This document shows, piece after piece, positions 42,515 to 54,510 of a DNA stretch of 64,000 bases. This DNA comes from Tubulanus polymorphus. Its lineage: Eukaryota > Animalia > Nemertea. The notes under the pieces are model-generated. The model searched no databases, was not told the origin of the DNA, and saw only the letters and a program-made list of their open reading frames with translations. Every line of letters begins with the position of its first letter. Position 1 is the first letter of the stretch. The stretch lies in the NCBI RefSeq assembly GCF_964204645.1, contig NC_134031.1, positions 558,001-622,000 on the forward strand. Direction: 5' to 3'. The translations under genes and the position numbers were made by a program.

Positions 42515-43808
42515 GGTGTTTTGGAGTATGGTCAATCCACAACTTTCGAACATTTGAACTGTGGAACTATAGCTATTTACGGATAACGCTGACTTAATTA
42601 ATTCATCTAAATAGCAAAAGTTTAATCAGCGTGAAAACTCACTATCTATAGAATAACTGAATTAATAAGGCGGTAATAATGAATATGATGTAAGGTGATT
42701 ATAATCGAGGTCTCGCCCCGGTTTCTGCGGAGCTCTAACGCGAGGTGTCTGAACCCGGATATTACTATTTCAGCATTATTAAACGCAATCAACGTTATTA
42801 AACGCCGAGACACCGCCGCGGTCAGAGATGTTGAACACAAAATCTTCTTTTGATCATAAATATGGTTAATTCCTAACGAAACAAAGTGAAACAGGACCGA
42901 TAGACTGGGCGTTATACTGAATGAATATTTATACGTTGAGGTAATGAAATTGAGTCGCCGCTGATTTCCCGTTAGAGATTTCATGCATAATAACAACCTA
43001 GCGCGCACTGGCCTAACTATTTGTGTATATATGTCTCTTCAGAGCACCGTGATTCTGTTTGGTTGACTATTTTGTCATTCCTATTTACGACCGGGATCGG
43101 AATGAAATAATCCTATCTTAGCGCGTGTAATGGATGGGTGTGGTCTCAGAGGCATTGGTCACTAATCTCAAACGGATTAACGCGACTAGCTGTAAACAGC
43201 TTAGCGATTGTTACTAATCCTCGTCCCGTAAACTCATCGGTCATTCGAAAATTAGAATCATTCGTCGTTTCAGTTACACGTTTACACGTTGCGCTGACCC
43301 TCGATTGAAAGTCCGCTTCCAGTAACAAAACAGAACGACCCAACTACTCATCCTCGCTTGCCAGGGTTCCGGTATTGCTCCCCGAACTCGATTCCAGCAG
43401 CGCCCCCTGGCCTCTCGACGCGTTATTACGTTACTGGCGCTTTTGCGCATGACGTCACACATCAACTCACGAAATATTTCCCTGTTTGCTAAAGCGTTCG
43501 CTGATTGGTCAATTTACGGGAAATCCTGACCTCCTTCCAGAAAGCTCCACCGTTTCTACTAATACCATAATCTGCTAAGGAGGAGGGGGCGAAGGGGGGG
43601 GAGGGGTTGTAGGGGTAATGTTATGAACAGTGAATTATGGAAAAGTTCGGTTCGAATTAATCGATCGATTATTACACGCTATTATTAATAGGTTTATGTA
43701 AATAAACAGATCACGTGGCTTATTAACGGTATTGTTCTAGTAAATATTCATTTTTATAACGTTCATAAAAATCCGCGCAGTTTGATTGAAACAAAGCGAT
43801 GGCAATTA

Positions 43809-43858
43809 CAGTAGCGGCAGCGGCGGCGGCGGCGGCAGCGGCAGCGGCAGCAGCAGCT

Positions 43859-43898
<40 letters not shown>

Positions 43899-43952
43899 CA
43901 GCAGCAGTAGCAGCAGCGGCGGCGGCGGCGGCAGCGGCAGCAGCAGCTGCTG
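43809..43952. repeat. Compound (CGG)n/(CAG)n trinucleotide repeat
   Basis: Direct inspection. Confidence 0.95.
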
Positions 43953-45244
43953 CCTGTCACTGATTCTGACAATAGTAACATTGTACTGTCTTCTATGTTG
44001 ACCTTCTCTACCTGTTTCAATGTTCTGAATTGCAAATCTTAACTCTTAACGATAGACAATGATAGTATTCTCAGTTTGAGACGAAATCTAAAAAAAGATT
44101 CTCATAAAATTGATGAAGAATCCTTTTTTTCATTTTTTAATAAAGATCTTCAAGATAAACACGATTATTTCATTATTAGTTGGATTTTTATTTTATCTTT
44201 CGTGGGATTTTTATTTCATCTCAAGCAGTAGTCTTCGTTTATCTTTGAAGATTCATTTCATTCAGTTACTATCACGTCGCATTTCAACATGCTATAAGAT
44301 AAGCAAGGTATTGTGTAATAATCTAGGCACACCTTGTCCATCGACACTTATAATAGAAGGCCTCGCTGTAATAAATATAGCATTAAAAATAGAAACATAT
44401 GTTTCATTAATATCATCCCGTTGACGCGGAGTGGTATTAATCATCTTTGGTCTAATATTATGTAACTATATTACTCGGTGGTTCCTAAACATCGGATTCT
44501 CTTCAATAATATTTTTGGTACCAGCTTGTTCGAATTAAGCCGGGACCGCGGGAGAAGACACTATTCATTTCAAAAACAACAAAGGTGTCATCTGTCGTAG
44601 TAGTGGCTTCATAAAAACCTCTTCATCGTTCGATGTAACATTGAAGTATATACAAGTATCATTCGAGACGCTTTCCAAATTATCAGGTGTCTGCATTATT
44701 TCCGTTTTCAGCGTGACACTCGTGACACTCGGAGTCACGCAGATGTGTTTAATAGCCGCAACACCCAAAGTTTCTTCAGCGCATTATATTTTAGATGAAT
44801 TAAATTTTTTTTGTCATATCGCCGATTGTTCCTCGACCGCGGTCACAGCCGGTTTCAAAAAAGACATGGCTCCGACCTTTTTGTAAGCAATTTCGAAATT
44901 AGATTTTTACATCAAATGATGTTCACGTCATGATAACCAGAAAATTGGTGTCGAATTAGTTTCTTTCTGCATGTTGGTAAGAAGTCAATCAGTGACCCCG
45001 ATGTTTTTCTTTCTCAGGAGACGGATTCATTTTTTTTCAAACAGTGTCTTCATCGTGTTAAAAGGTTCTTATTTGGAACTGCCCGACACAAACGCAACAT
45101 TCTTCAAATAGATTTGAGATTCAAGCGGTTTTTCTTCGTAAAACTATTCAATACGTTCTTTCATCTATTCCACGACCGTGATTTATAGTTCTCCGGGTTC
45201 CACGGTTTAGTTTGGCTCTCCATTTGGTTTCCAGCGTTTCAGAC

Positions 45245-45365
45245 CAGGCACCAGTTGTAATTGTCTAGATTATAAACCAGTCTTAGGTCTCCTTAGTTCT
45301 ATGTCCAATCTATAACAACTGGTCAGTCTAAATATCTAATTTATGACTTAGCAACTGGCCCCTGG
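45245..45365. mobile_element. MITE family 2 (TIR CCAGG(C/G)(A/G)CCAGTTG...CAACTGGCCCCTGG)
   Basis: Inverted termini. The internal TCTTAGTTCTAT motif is shared with fragments near 12700, 12880, 13450-13600 and 38440-38500. Confidence 0.55.
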
Positions 45366-45781
45366 GTCTCAACCGAGTGCCGCGAATAAACTGGATCCAA
45401 TATATCAAATAGTTGCCTAGATTATATCGAGGTATCGTTACGCAATCTCAATTCTCACTGATTCTCCAACAGTTAGCGGGGTTTAACTATAAACTTTGAG
45501 AACGGTTTCATACTGAAGCAATATTTCACTATAAATTCGGCATATACAATATATGTATATATATTTTCAGTCGAAATGTTTATCGAATAAAGATTTAACT
45601 TTCACTCGTAATTGGGCAGGTTGAAATCCTTACTGCATATACGGGACGGATCTTATTTCATCCCAAATACAGTGGATTTTATTTCAATCTCGACTCTAAT
45701 TGGTTTTAAAAGCATACACTGTATATCATATGAACGTAGATCACCGTTGTTAGTGTAAGGGTTTGAGATCTTGACGTCACT

Positions 45782-46750
45782 ATGTACGACCAGGTGAATT
45801 CTACGGCTGATTGTCCTGTGTTCGGTGAAGGAAGATGGGAAATGAACGCATACGTTCTTCCGCCTTTCATTATTACCGGATTCGCTTTCAATTCTTTAGT
45901 TATCGTAGTTTTTAGCCGTTTGAAATACGGCCATCGCTCCGCGTTTCTGCTCACTATTTTAGCCGTCACTGATAACCTTTTCTTAATCATTCAGTTCATT
46001 CTCGAACCGTTGAGGTATTTCATCCTGGCTTCGAAAGTTGGCAGCGCCGCTATGGGTCGCTATACGCCCTGGAACGTCGAAGGAAATATCTACATCGGTT
46101 CAGTTATCTTTTATAAAGCGTTTTTACTGTTGAGGAATTGGCTGACTGTTTTAATACAAGTTGAGAGGCTTATCACGATTTTAAAACCTCTTAAAGCCGG
46201 TATAATCCTCACCAAATTACGACTCAAAGTTGTCATATTTGTTCTAACATTGTTCTCGGTTTGTTTCGGAATGTATTACCCGGTTACGCTTCATACTATA
46301 TCACTGGGCGATTATCTATGCATGCAAGAGGAGGTCGACTTTAAGTCACCATTTCTCGGTAAAGTTTTCGGAATGTTCAACTTTTTAATCGATCCGTTAT
46401 TGCGAGCGATCATTCCGACATTTCTCGTTTTCTTCGCCAACATTCTCCTGTTGATCGTGCTGTATCTAAAACTGAAAGAGCGTCAAGAAATCGCTAATCA
46501 ACAAACATCGAAATTAACCGAGTCTAAAGCGACGAAAATGGTCATTACGATGAGCGTCGTATTTCTTTTATTTGAAATTCCTGGTTGCGTTTCGAAAATC
46601 AGCGAATATATCACGGAAACAAGGGTGGAAGCAGCGAATACGGCTTACAACATCACTTCCGTTCTCAACTCATGTATCAACTTTATCCTGTATTATATCG
46701 TTAACGTTAGTTTCAGATCCACAGCTAATTCTGTGTTCTGTTGTAAATGA
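45782..46750 (+). CDS. Intronless rhodopsin-class GPCR (FMRFamide/sex-peptide-receptor-like group), 322 aa
   Basis: Seven hydrophobic segments: LAVTD (TM2), RNWLTVLIQVER (TM3), FEIPG (TM6), NSCINFILY (TM7). Same family as 5132-6184. Confidence 0.88.
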   Translation: MYDQVNSTADCPVFGEGRWEMNAYVLPPFIITGFAFNSLVIVVFSRLKYGHRSAFLLTILAVTDNLFLIIQFILEPLRYFILASKVGSAAMGRYTPWNVEGNIYIGSVIFYKAFLLLRNWLTVLIQVERLITILKPLKAGIILTKLRLKVVIFVLTLFSVCFGMYYPVTLHTISLGDYLCMQEEVDFKSPFLGKVFGMFNFLIDPLLRAIIPTFLVFFANILLLIVLYLKLKERQEIANQQTSKLTESKATKMVITMSVVFLLFEIPGCVSKISEYITETRVEAANTAYNITSVLNSCINFILYYIVNVSFRSTANSVFCCK

Positions 46751-47950
46751 AATGTGGTCATTTTTATCGCTGGACAGAAAATATCATCTATCTATCTTTA
46801 TTTCCGAAATACACGTTCAACACATGGGCAACACGAGCTAGTTCCCACTAGATGGCGTGACGGGTCATTATTCAGCTCTCCCGCCCTTACACTAGTCCTA
46901 TATTTATAATCAACTATTTCTTCTTCTAAGTGGTTGTTATCGATTTTCATTAAAGAGTTCAACCGCGTTTTCACTGAAATTGAACGCGGACGACCGAGTA
47001 ACTACTAGCGACATCTGGCGGATCCTTGGTTACCATTGATGGAATCCTCGATTGCCACAGTAGCGTTGACAACTTCCAATTTTGGAGTTGCCGATATTTT
47101 CGAATAGAATACGTCCTATACAAGCAGATCGTTATCAATGGATTTTCGTGTGAGTCGACTTTAAAATTGTTTCATGATTTCACATTAATTTAATTATGAA
47201 ACGGAATTGGAATGCACAATCGAGATTTTAGAAAATTCAATTTTATCAGAAATTTCCTGCCATTTCCTGCCAGATTTTTTTACGAAAATCCTTCACCATT
47301 TACAAAAACAAGAAAAATCGAAAACTTTCCTTTTCTTGTAACAAACATTAACGAGGAAAAATGCAACTCCATTTTAGAGAGAAATACTTAAAATGTTTCC
47401 AGGATTTTAGGAATGAATCTGACGACATCGAACAGTTTTATAGATGGATAAAATTCATTCCGCAAACACATATAAAACACCTATCAAACCGAATCGTCGT
47501 TTCAGGCTATAAAATAGCTATTCATATTCGAGAGGGTGGTATATAAAAGACGAACTCGGTATCGTCGGTTCAGTAGTGGTAGGAAATCACGCGATCGGAA
47601 AGATACACCCGACTGCGGTCGTAAAACGCAAACTCGTGCGACGAAATGACGACGAGACTAATCACGAGCGTGACGCAAAGAAGAATGTTTGATTCTTTAA
47701 TGGTGAAAACCATCTGAAGTTGAGTTCAGTAAAGTACGTATACCATCGCGCGGCTGAATTCAGAATTAGCTATTCGTCCAACCATACCGGAATTATGATA
47801 ATCATGATGGTGGTTTTCATCGAGGACCCGACTATAGTTGTTTAGAGTAACCTTTTAGTTCATTCTTTATGAGTGAAATCTTAACTCAGAACTGTGGAAC
47901 TTCGACCCAATTTGACATCTTTGAAGAATCGATCAAATCAAAATCTCCAG

Positions 47951-48036
47951 CCGGTGCCACAGCCAAACCGACCGATCACTGGTCGGTGCCACAGCCAAAC
48001 CGACCGATCACTGGTCGGTGCCACAGCCAAACCGAC
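47951..48036. repeat. ~32-bp tandem repeat x~2.7 (CGGTGCCACAGCCAAACCGACCGATCACTGGT)
   Basis: Direct inspection. Confidence 0.85.
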
Positions 48037-50430
48037 CCGGGGACCCAACCGATAACTTACTTCCAGCCCATAGTTCACGCGTGCTAAATAGATTAACAGC
48101 GTGTCTGATAATACTCACATCACGATCCTGAGAGTAGCCGCAATCAACTGATCGTCGAGAGAGGTCCGCTGCTGATCAAAACACAAACACAATCACTTTC
48201 ACAATAATCAATGTCTCTTGCATAAAAACAATGCGTCAAGACATTGAGACGGGATTAGAGAAAAATATATTTAAAAACTCCCAACTTCAAATTCCGCCGC
48301 CATTTTCCTCTCCCAATCGATAATATTGATCGATATGACAGTTTGTGTTCATTCATGTAGCTATAATTACACATATTGTTTGCTTGAATTCTATATTTGT
48401 GTAAGATTCGTATGATACAGATCTGATGACGACTATCGTCACGATTCACTATTAATAAACAGGAAGAGCATCATAATATACGTCACGCTGAGCTGACCAC
48501 AGCAAATTGAACTCAAGGTCGCGGAGTTACTGTCATCAGAGACGGTCACTAATGAGAGGATGAAAGGGGTGCCCGCACGTCACGCTGTCCTGCTATTAGG
48601 AACACACTGTATGACGCCTTGTTCAGACGCAGTTACAGAAAACATCAAATACATATTCCCGTATTTCATTGGCTCTTACGGTTCGAGTGTTTTGTGAAGG
48701 CCACTGGTGATTGTTATAAACAGGGCCATGGTTTTAATGGTAGCTGTGACTGTGCAACAAGTTTTCGTTTGTTTATCTTTTATTAGTTCAACAGGTAATT
48801 CCCGGGAAATCTCGGGAAATCTCGCGACTTTAGATCTAAAACCTTGAAAATGGACCCATTTTGACTTACGAGTTGAGATGTTGAACTGGGTCCTGAACTG
48901 GGTAACTTTTTGGATCCAGAATTGTGGAATGAACTGTTGAACTGGGTCCTGAACTGAGGAACGTGGAACTGGGTCCTGAATTCTAGAAATGGATCCTAAA
49001 CTGTTGAACTGCTGGGAACTGGGTCACGAACTGTGGAACTGGGTCGTGACCTGGGTAACTTTCTGGATCCAGATCTGTGGAATGAACTGTGGAACTGAGC
49101 CCCGACCCGGACGCTCGAGGACATATTCTCGAAGTACGAAGAAAATTAATGACATAATGAAGACGATTTTTCGTGCAACAGCGAATCAGTATCCGCGAGT
49201 TGTAAATCTTGTACCCCCGCGGCGATGAACATTCGTGGAACTGTTAGATAGATTATTAGGGGTTAACTAAGCACGCATTCCTTGTGTCATAACGGATTAT
49301 TGACACGCGCGCGAGTTTCTCTATCGAGTAGTAGGTAAAACTTAATAATCACCAGCGTAACGTAATACCAATAAACCTTCCTCTCCGTCTCTGATTAGAC
49401 ATTAGTAGGCAATAAAAATATATGGATAAATCGCGAAAGAAGCAATTGTCCATTTTCGTATCGAAATTGTTAGAGCATGATGCGTTACTGTGTGAGCTCT
49501 TGTGAACGGGCATTCACTAACGTTATGCTTAGATTATGTAATTTAGATAAATTGATGAGATATCGGCGGTAGAAACACAGACTATTCCATCGGGTCGCGG
49601 TAAATTACGATAACCGAACAAAAGGACGAAACGATCATAATACGGATTCGGACAAACAGCATCCCGCGCAAACGGCGGTGCATTGATGAATACAACGACG
49701 CTCTTCTGAGATTCGCAGAATTAACATTGACTCAGAACGTATTTGATTGATCGCCGACTGATCGCCGACTGGTCAGAGTCGATCCTAGTAACCGTTTTCT
49801 CCTGAGGTGCATTCGGGTCGTTTCAGGTCAAACTGTTCACGAAGGCAGAGCAGTCGATACATTCAGTCACCGGAACCGGCCATTTTTACTGTAGTACCAT
49901 CAACGACGATTTGAAAAAAGTTACATATTCCATGCTTTATTGCTTGTCGGACACTATAACGACCATTGAAGCAAATGGGTCTGAATTTATTGAACGTAAA
50001 CTCGTCGTCGGCGACTAGCTAGACTAATGTCGAGCTGAATATTTGATATGATAGAGTGCGGGTTTTAGGATAAATAACGTACGAAAGTAAGACATGATGT
50101 AATGTGCAAAGTGTCAACCGTATCCGTTAGTGATTTAAACCGGGTAGACTACTACTCTGCCGATAGAACAACCTCGTTTAAAAATCAACAGACTGTGCCG
50201 GCTCAGTCCGTTTTATAAACATCTCACGAATGATTCCAAATTATGTCTTCGGATTGGACTCGGGAAAATTGGACCCAGTTCGACGATCGGGATTTTTTGC
50301 TTGTGAATATTGCGAATGGAAAAACATTCTTTTTTACCGGAGATACTGAAACTAGAAATCGATTCTTATCTTTGCAGACCATTGTAAAACCGGAGCCGCC
50401 CCCAATTCCACTGCAATGCCTGGTTTGTTA

Positions 50431-50662
50431 CAGGGGAGGATCTCGAAAATTTGAAGGTCAGGTCTAGATTAAATCAAAAGGCATTTTCATAGTCTACGTG
50501 CAGGCCCCATCCTCGGTGTTTGATTCTTTTGAAGAAATACGTCTGAAAATTTGCGGTGTCAAATTTGCAGATTAAAAGATCTCTTGTCTTGGTTAAAAGG
50601 GTGACCTCAATGGGAAAACAGGGGTGTGGACCCCCTAGACCATCCCCCTAGGTCCACCCCTG
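50431..50662. mobile_element. Degenerate MITE with CAGGGG..GGA(T/C)CT termini
   Basis: A G-rich CAGGGG..GGATCT left end and an AGGTCCACCCCTG right end form imperfect inverted termini. Confidence 0.5.
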
Positions 50663-52520
50663 ATAAAACACTTGATGAACTTATATATGATAGAATAGCT
50701 AATGTTCAGGCGCGGAGTCAAACGCGTCGAACCGGAAGAGTTTCATGTAACAAAAATCATTTAGTTATTTGTACTGATTTTTTGATTAGAGCACGGCGCC
50801 TGCACTTTCCAGTTCCTGATATAGATCAAGAAAATCAGCAAGCAAAAAATAACAGAGCGACCAAGCATAAAATTACTGGTCGACCATTGATCGGCCGATC
50901 GATAAAGTGTTGTTGCTTATCGCCTGCTTACCGCTCGCCGATATCCGTTAAAAGATCAATAATATTCACACGATACAAAAAATACAAATGACTAATTCAA
51001 TCCCGGAACGACGAGGAAATGACCCGCATTATACCGTTAACCACTGGGGACGCAGTGTGGTACAGGCAGCGAACCCACAGTCCATTAACTCTCCCTAAAC
51101 TCCTCAATAAAAGAGGATACCTGTTGAATACTGACTCAGCGAGTCAGCGCTGTACCGCAATCTCTACCACCAACAACTCAGCGTTTATACAATCCCGCCA
51201 TCATTTCATGTCTAAACGATTTATAACTTCCAGTCCACAGACAGTAGAACCAATATTGGAATAAATCGACTATTAAATTTATCGCGCGGTTTCGAAAACT
51301 GACTAAACGGCGGCTCGTGTTGTATTGAATCTTCATTATCGTGACTCAAGAAAAATAACGAAGTTTGACTTCATGGTATTTATCGCCGGTAAGCAAACTG
51401 CGTATGGACTCGGATTTGATTTAAACTACATCATTTAAAATTTTACCATTTATAGTTTTGAAAATGTAAGGCGATTTAAAAAGCCGTCTATATTGGGGGT
51501 GTACAGCAGAAAACGGCTTTTATTACCACGAAATGCGCGGTTCAGATACTTGAAAATATGTGTAAAATCGCCTGGAAAAAATGAATGACTATTCTATGCG
51601 TCACTTCAGAAATAAAATTCAATATTGAATGGCAGATTTATTCGAACTTCCGCGATACCTTTGTCCCATCGTCTACATTCTGTATTTCACGAGAATGACC
51701 AGATCAATCATGGGTGGTCATTCTTGAACTATTGGACAATTGGCTACCACGGGTATTGCGACCGCCTGATAGCGGGCATGGTTCCACCTGGCTGCCATGT
51801 CGATGAAACTAAATCTACATGAAACGACTCGAATATTTAGGGATTCGAACCTAAATCGAATGAGTAATCGCTCAAATGAAATTCGGTTTCTACTCCATTA
51901 TTTTCGATGTTTTCATCAACTCATATTTTGCCGAAGCGATGGTAATAGATAAGATAATTAATGTTTGATTTACCAGTCTCCACACAGGGGTCAATGCTTT
52001 CTGAACAAGCAGCACACACTGACTGACGCGCACAGAACGAACCAAAGTACCCAGTCGTTAAGTGCCTAATGTACTTCCTATGTTCTGTGTAATGAGTAAT
52101 TCATCAGGAAACACACCGTCAACTAGAGACAGGATCGAGACGAGAGAAGAGAGAGCTTGCTATAAAATAAATATGTTCTTTTAACCAAACATGTCATTTA
52201 CTGTTGCTGTCTCATCTACGAGATAAAACATTTTAAAGGTTCAACTAGACGAGCAGGCTGGGAGAATCTTTATTTTATAAACCCACGTTAGAAGTCAGGT
52301 GAAGTGTGTGAGTTAAATGATTTTTTTTGCTGCAGGTTCGGAAGAAACTAAGGTTCAAACTCAAACCACATTTTGCCTATCCATCCACTGTGTGGTCTGA
52401 ACTAATCGAGATGACTACACAAATTTCATCCAGTATTTGATAGAGCAGGACCCAGTTCTATCAGTCATTTCTTCCGTTAGAAAATAAACTAGTTATACCT
52501 CGATTTAACGCCACCCACTA

Positions 52521-52678
52521 CAGTTACACCTCGATTTAACGCCACACTTGGGGATTCCTGATTTTGGCGGTAAATAGAGTGTGATTTTCCTGTACATTTT
52601 AGATACGAATGTTCAGTTTGCGATGAAATGTAGGCGGTAAGCGGTGAATCCGGGGGGCGTTAAATCGAGGTATGACCG
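52521..52678. mobile_element. 158-bp Tc1/mariner-superfamily (pogo/Tigger-like) MITE flanked by TA, nested in a family-1 MITE remnant
   Basis: TA|CAGTTACACCTCGATTTAACGCC ... GGCGTTAAATCGAGGTATGACCG|TA. The host element ends are at ~52447 (CAGGACCCAGTTC) and ~52735 (CTGTCGATCCGGGTC). Confidence 0.75.
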
Positions 52679-53027
52679 TAGTTTTAATTCAACAGCTTGA
52701 CTAACTTATATAACTCAAAACTGTCGATCCGGGTCGTGAGTTTATTCAGAATAGTCTGGGGATTAGAAAAAAAAGCTAATAGAAATGTAAAGATTAGAAA
52801 TAATTGATATAATATTGATAATGTTGGATTCTGTAAATATTGTCACCATTCAGATGAAAATGCGGCCAAGAAAATCCGCGATCGTTTGAGATGCGAGACT
52901 TCTTAGAAAATATTGATTAAACAGCAAAATGGTCCCTCCGGCGATTTCTGTAGAAACCAATTTCATGAAGTTCCATCTCGCATCTCAATCCCTTTCAATT
53001 GTGCACGTTTGAATAAGCTAACTATAC

Positions 53028-53271
53028 CAGCAACCCAGTCAGCCAGCCAGCCATCCAGCCAGCCAGCCAGCCAGCAGTCAGTCAGTCAGTCAGTTAGCCT
53101 GCCAGCAATTCAGCCAACCAGCCACCTATCTATTTAGTCAGTCAGTAACCTAACAAACCAACCAGCCAACAAAATAGCCAACCACCCAACCATCCAACCA
53201 GCTAACCCGGCAGTCAACCAACTAGTAAGTCAACCAGCCATTCAACCACCCAACTAACCAGTCAGTCAACC
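53028..53271. repeat. (AGCC)n/(AGTC)n/(CAAC)n tetranucleotide low-complexity tract
   Basis: Direct inspection. Confidence 0.9.
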
Positions 53272-54402
53272 AAAGTTTTTCTTTTTTATTGTTTTAATGC
53301 AGCGAAAAGTCAGAGGTTCTAAATTCACGACAGATTTGATGATGGGCCAATAATTCAGGCACATGTGATTCCGAAAATAATCCTCGCGCGATTTGGATTG
53401 TGATAAAAGTTTAACTGAAGGCATAATATTTAGTGAAACGTGACTGGTATTAACGTACATCTCTGAGTTATAGCTATTCGTCTTGAAATTGACATTTACA
53501 GATCAAATACGGTCTTAGTTTTTCTTTGAATCACTGGTTTAACTACCTCGGTTTACAATAAACCAAACCTTTTGCTATTTCAAATTTTTATATATTTTGT
53601 AACCGGATTTCTTATTTCAAAGTCTACGGCTCCTGTTCGCTGCCGGCAGTTGACGGCGTAAGGGACGCAATAGATAAAGCCGAAAAGACTAAAAAGGAAA
53701 CATCTTAAGTTATAGAGGGATATGTAGAGTTACCCTCCGACTCACTTTACATATCTCCATATACTCTTCAATTCATAATTAATGAATTATCGTATCGGCA
53801 CACAGAAAAAAGCTTCACCTTTCTCTTCACCCTTTTGATGGTCTCTAGAAAGGTCCGAAACTTTAAATATATTCATGGTTAGTTGTAATTTCATTATCGT
53901 ATTTCCCACATCGTCTGACTCGAAGGAAGGCTCTTACTGCACGAATGATAAAATGTTATTTTCAGTAACTTAAGACATTAAGTATACAATCCCTTAGGGT
54001 AATTTTGCATCCTCTGAGCCCCGCTACATACAGCATTGTGGTGACTGTTTATAGATACATCGTTAGAGTGTAAATAAAATGACGATTAACTTTAAAAAAA
54101 CCAACTATTCTCGCTTGTTATTATATCTGACTGGAGGCAAGATCAACAACGTTTGACATTTTTAATGGGAACGTTTACCTAACTGACGAACAGCTCAACT
54201 TAAAGAAGCAGTATTTGTTTTCTATGAGGGTAAAACATTGAATTCCATGAATAACTGTATTAATAGTTCAGTACTAGAGATGAAAGTTCTGACAATAGTT
54301 GTCGTTTAGAACTGTTGCATCTTACTTTATTGTATTTGGCTGACAGTCGCGTTTCACCCCAGGACTCCAATGACTCAAATGACTTTTCCGACTGACTGCT
54401 GC

Positions 54403-54510
54403 ACCCAGTTCCGCAGTTCCGAGTTGAATTGAACTCTAGAGTTAACTCGAAGAAAATGAATCGATTTAAACTCAGAAATAACTTTAACTCACAACTGTGG
54501 AACCGGGTCC
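54403..54510. mobile_element. MITE family 1 copy
   Basis: ACCCAGTTCCGCAGTT ... AACTGTGGAACCGGGTCC. Confidence 0.75.

Noticed and set aside
43763-44035. Poly-Cys / poly-Ser ORFs
   Set aside because: CAG/CGG repeat artefacts.
48728-52400. Possible two-exon small peptide (MVLMVAVTVQQVFVCLSFISST / GSEETKVQ...)
   Set aside because: Splice-like sites exist, but the signal peptide is weak and there is no motif, duplicate or homology support.
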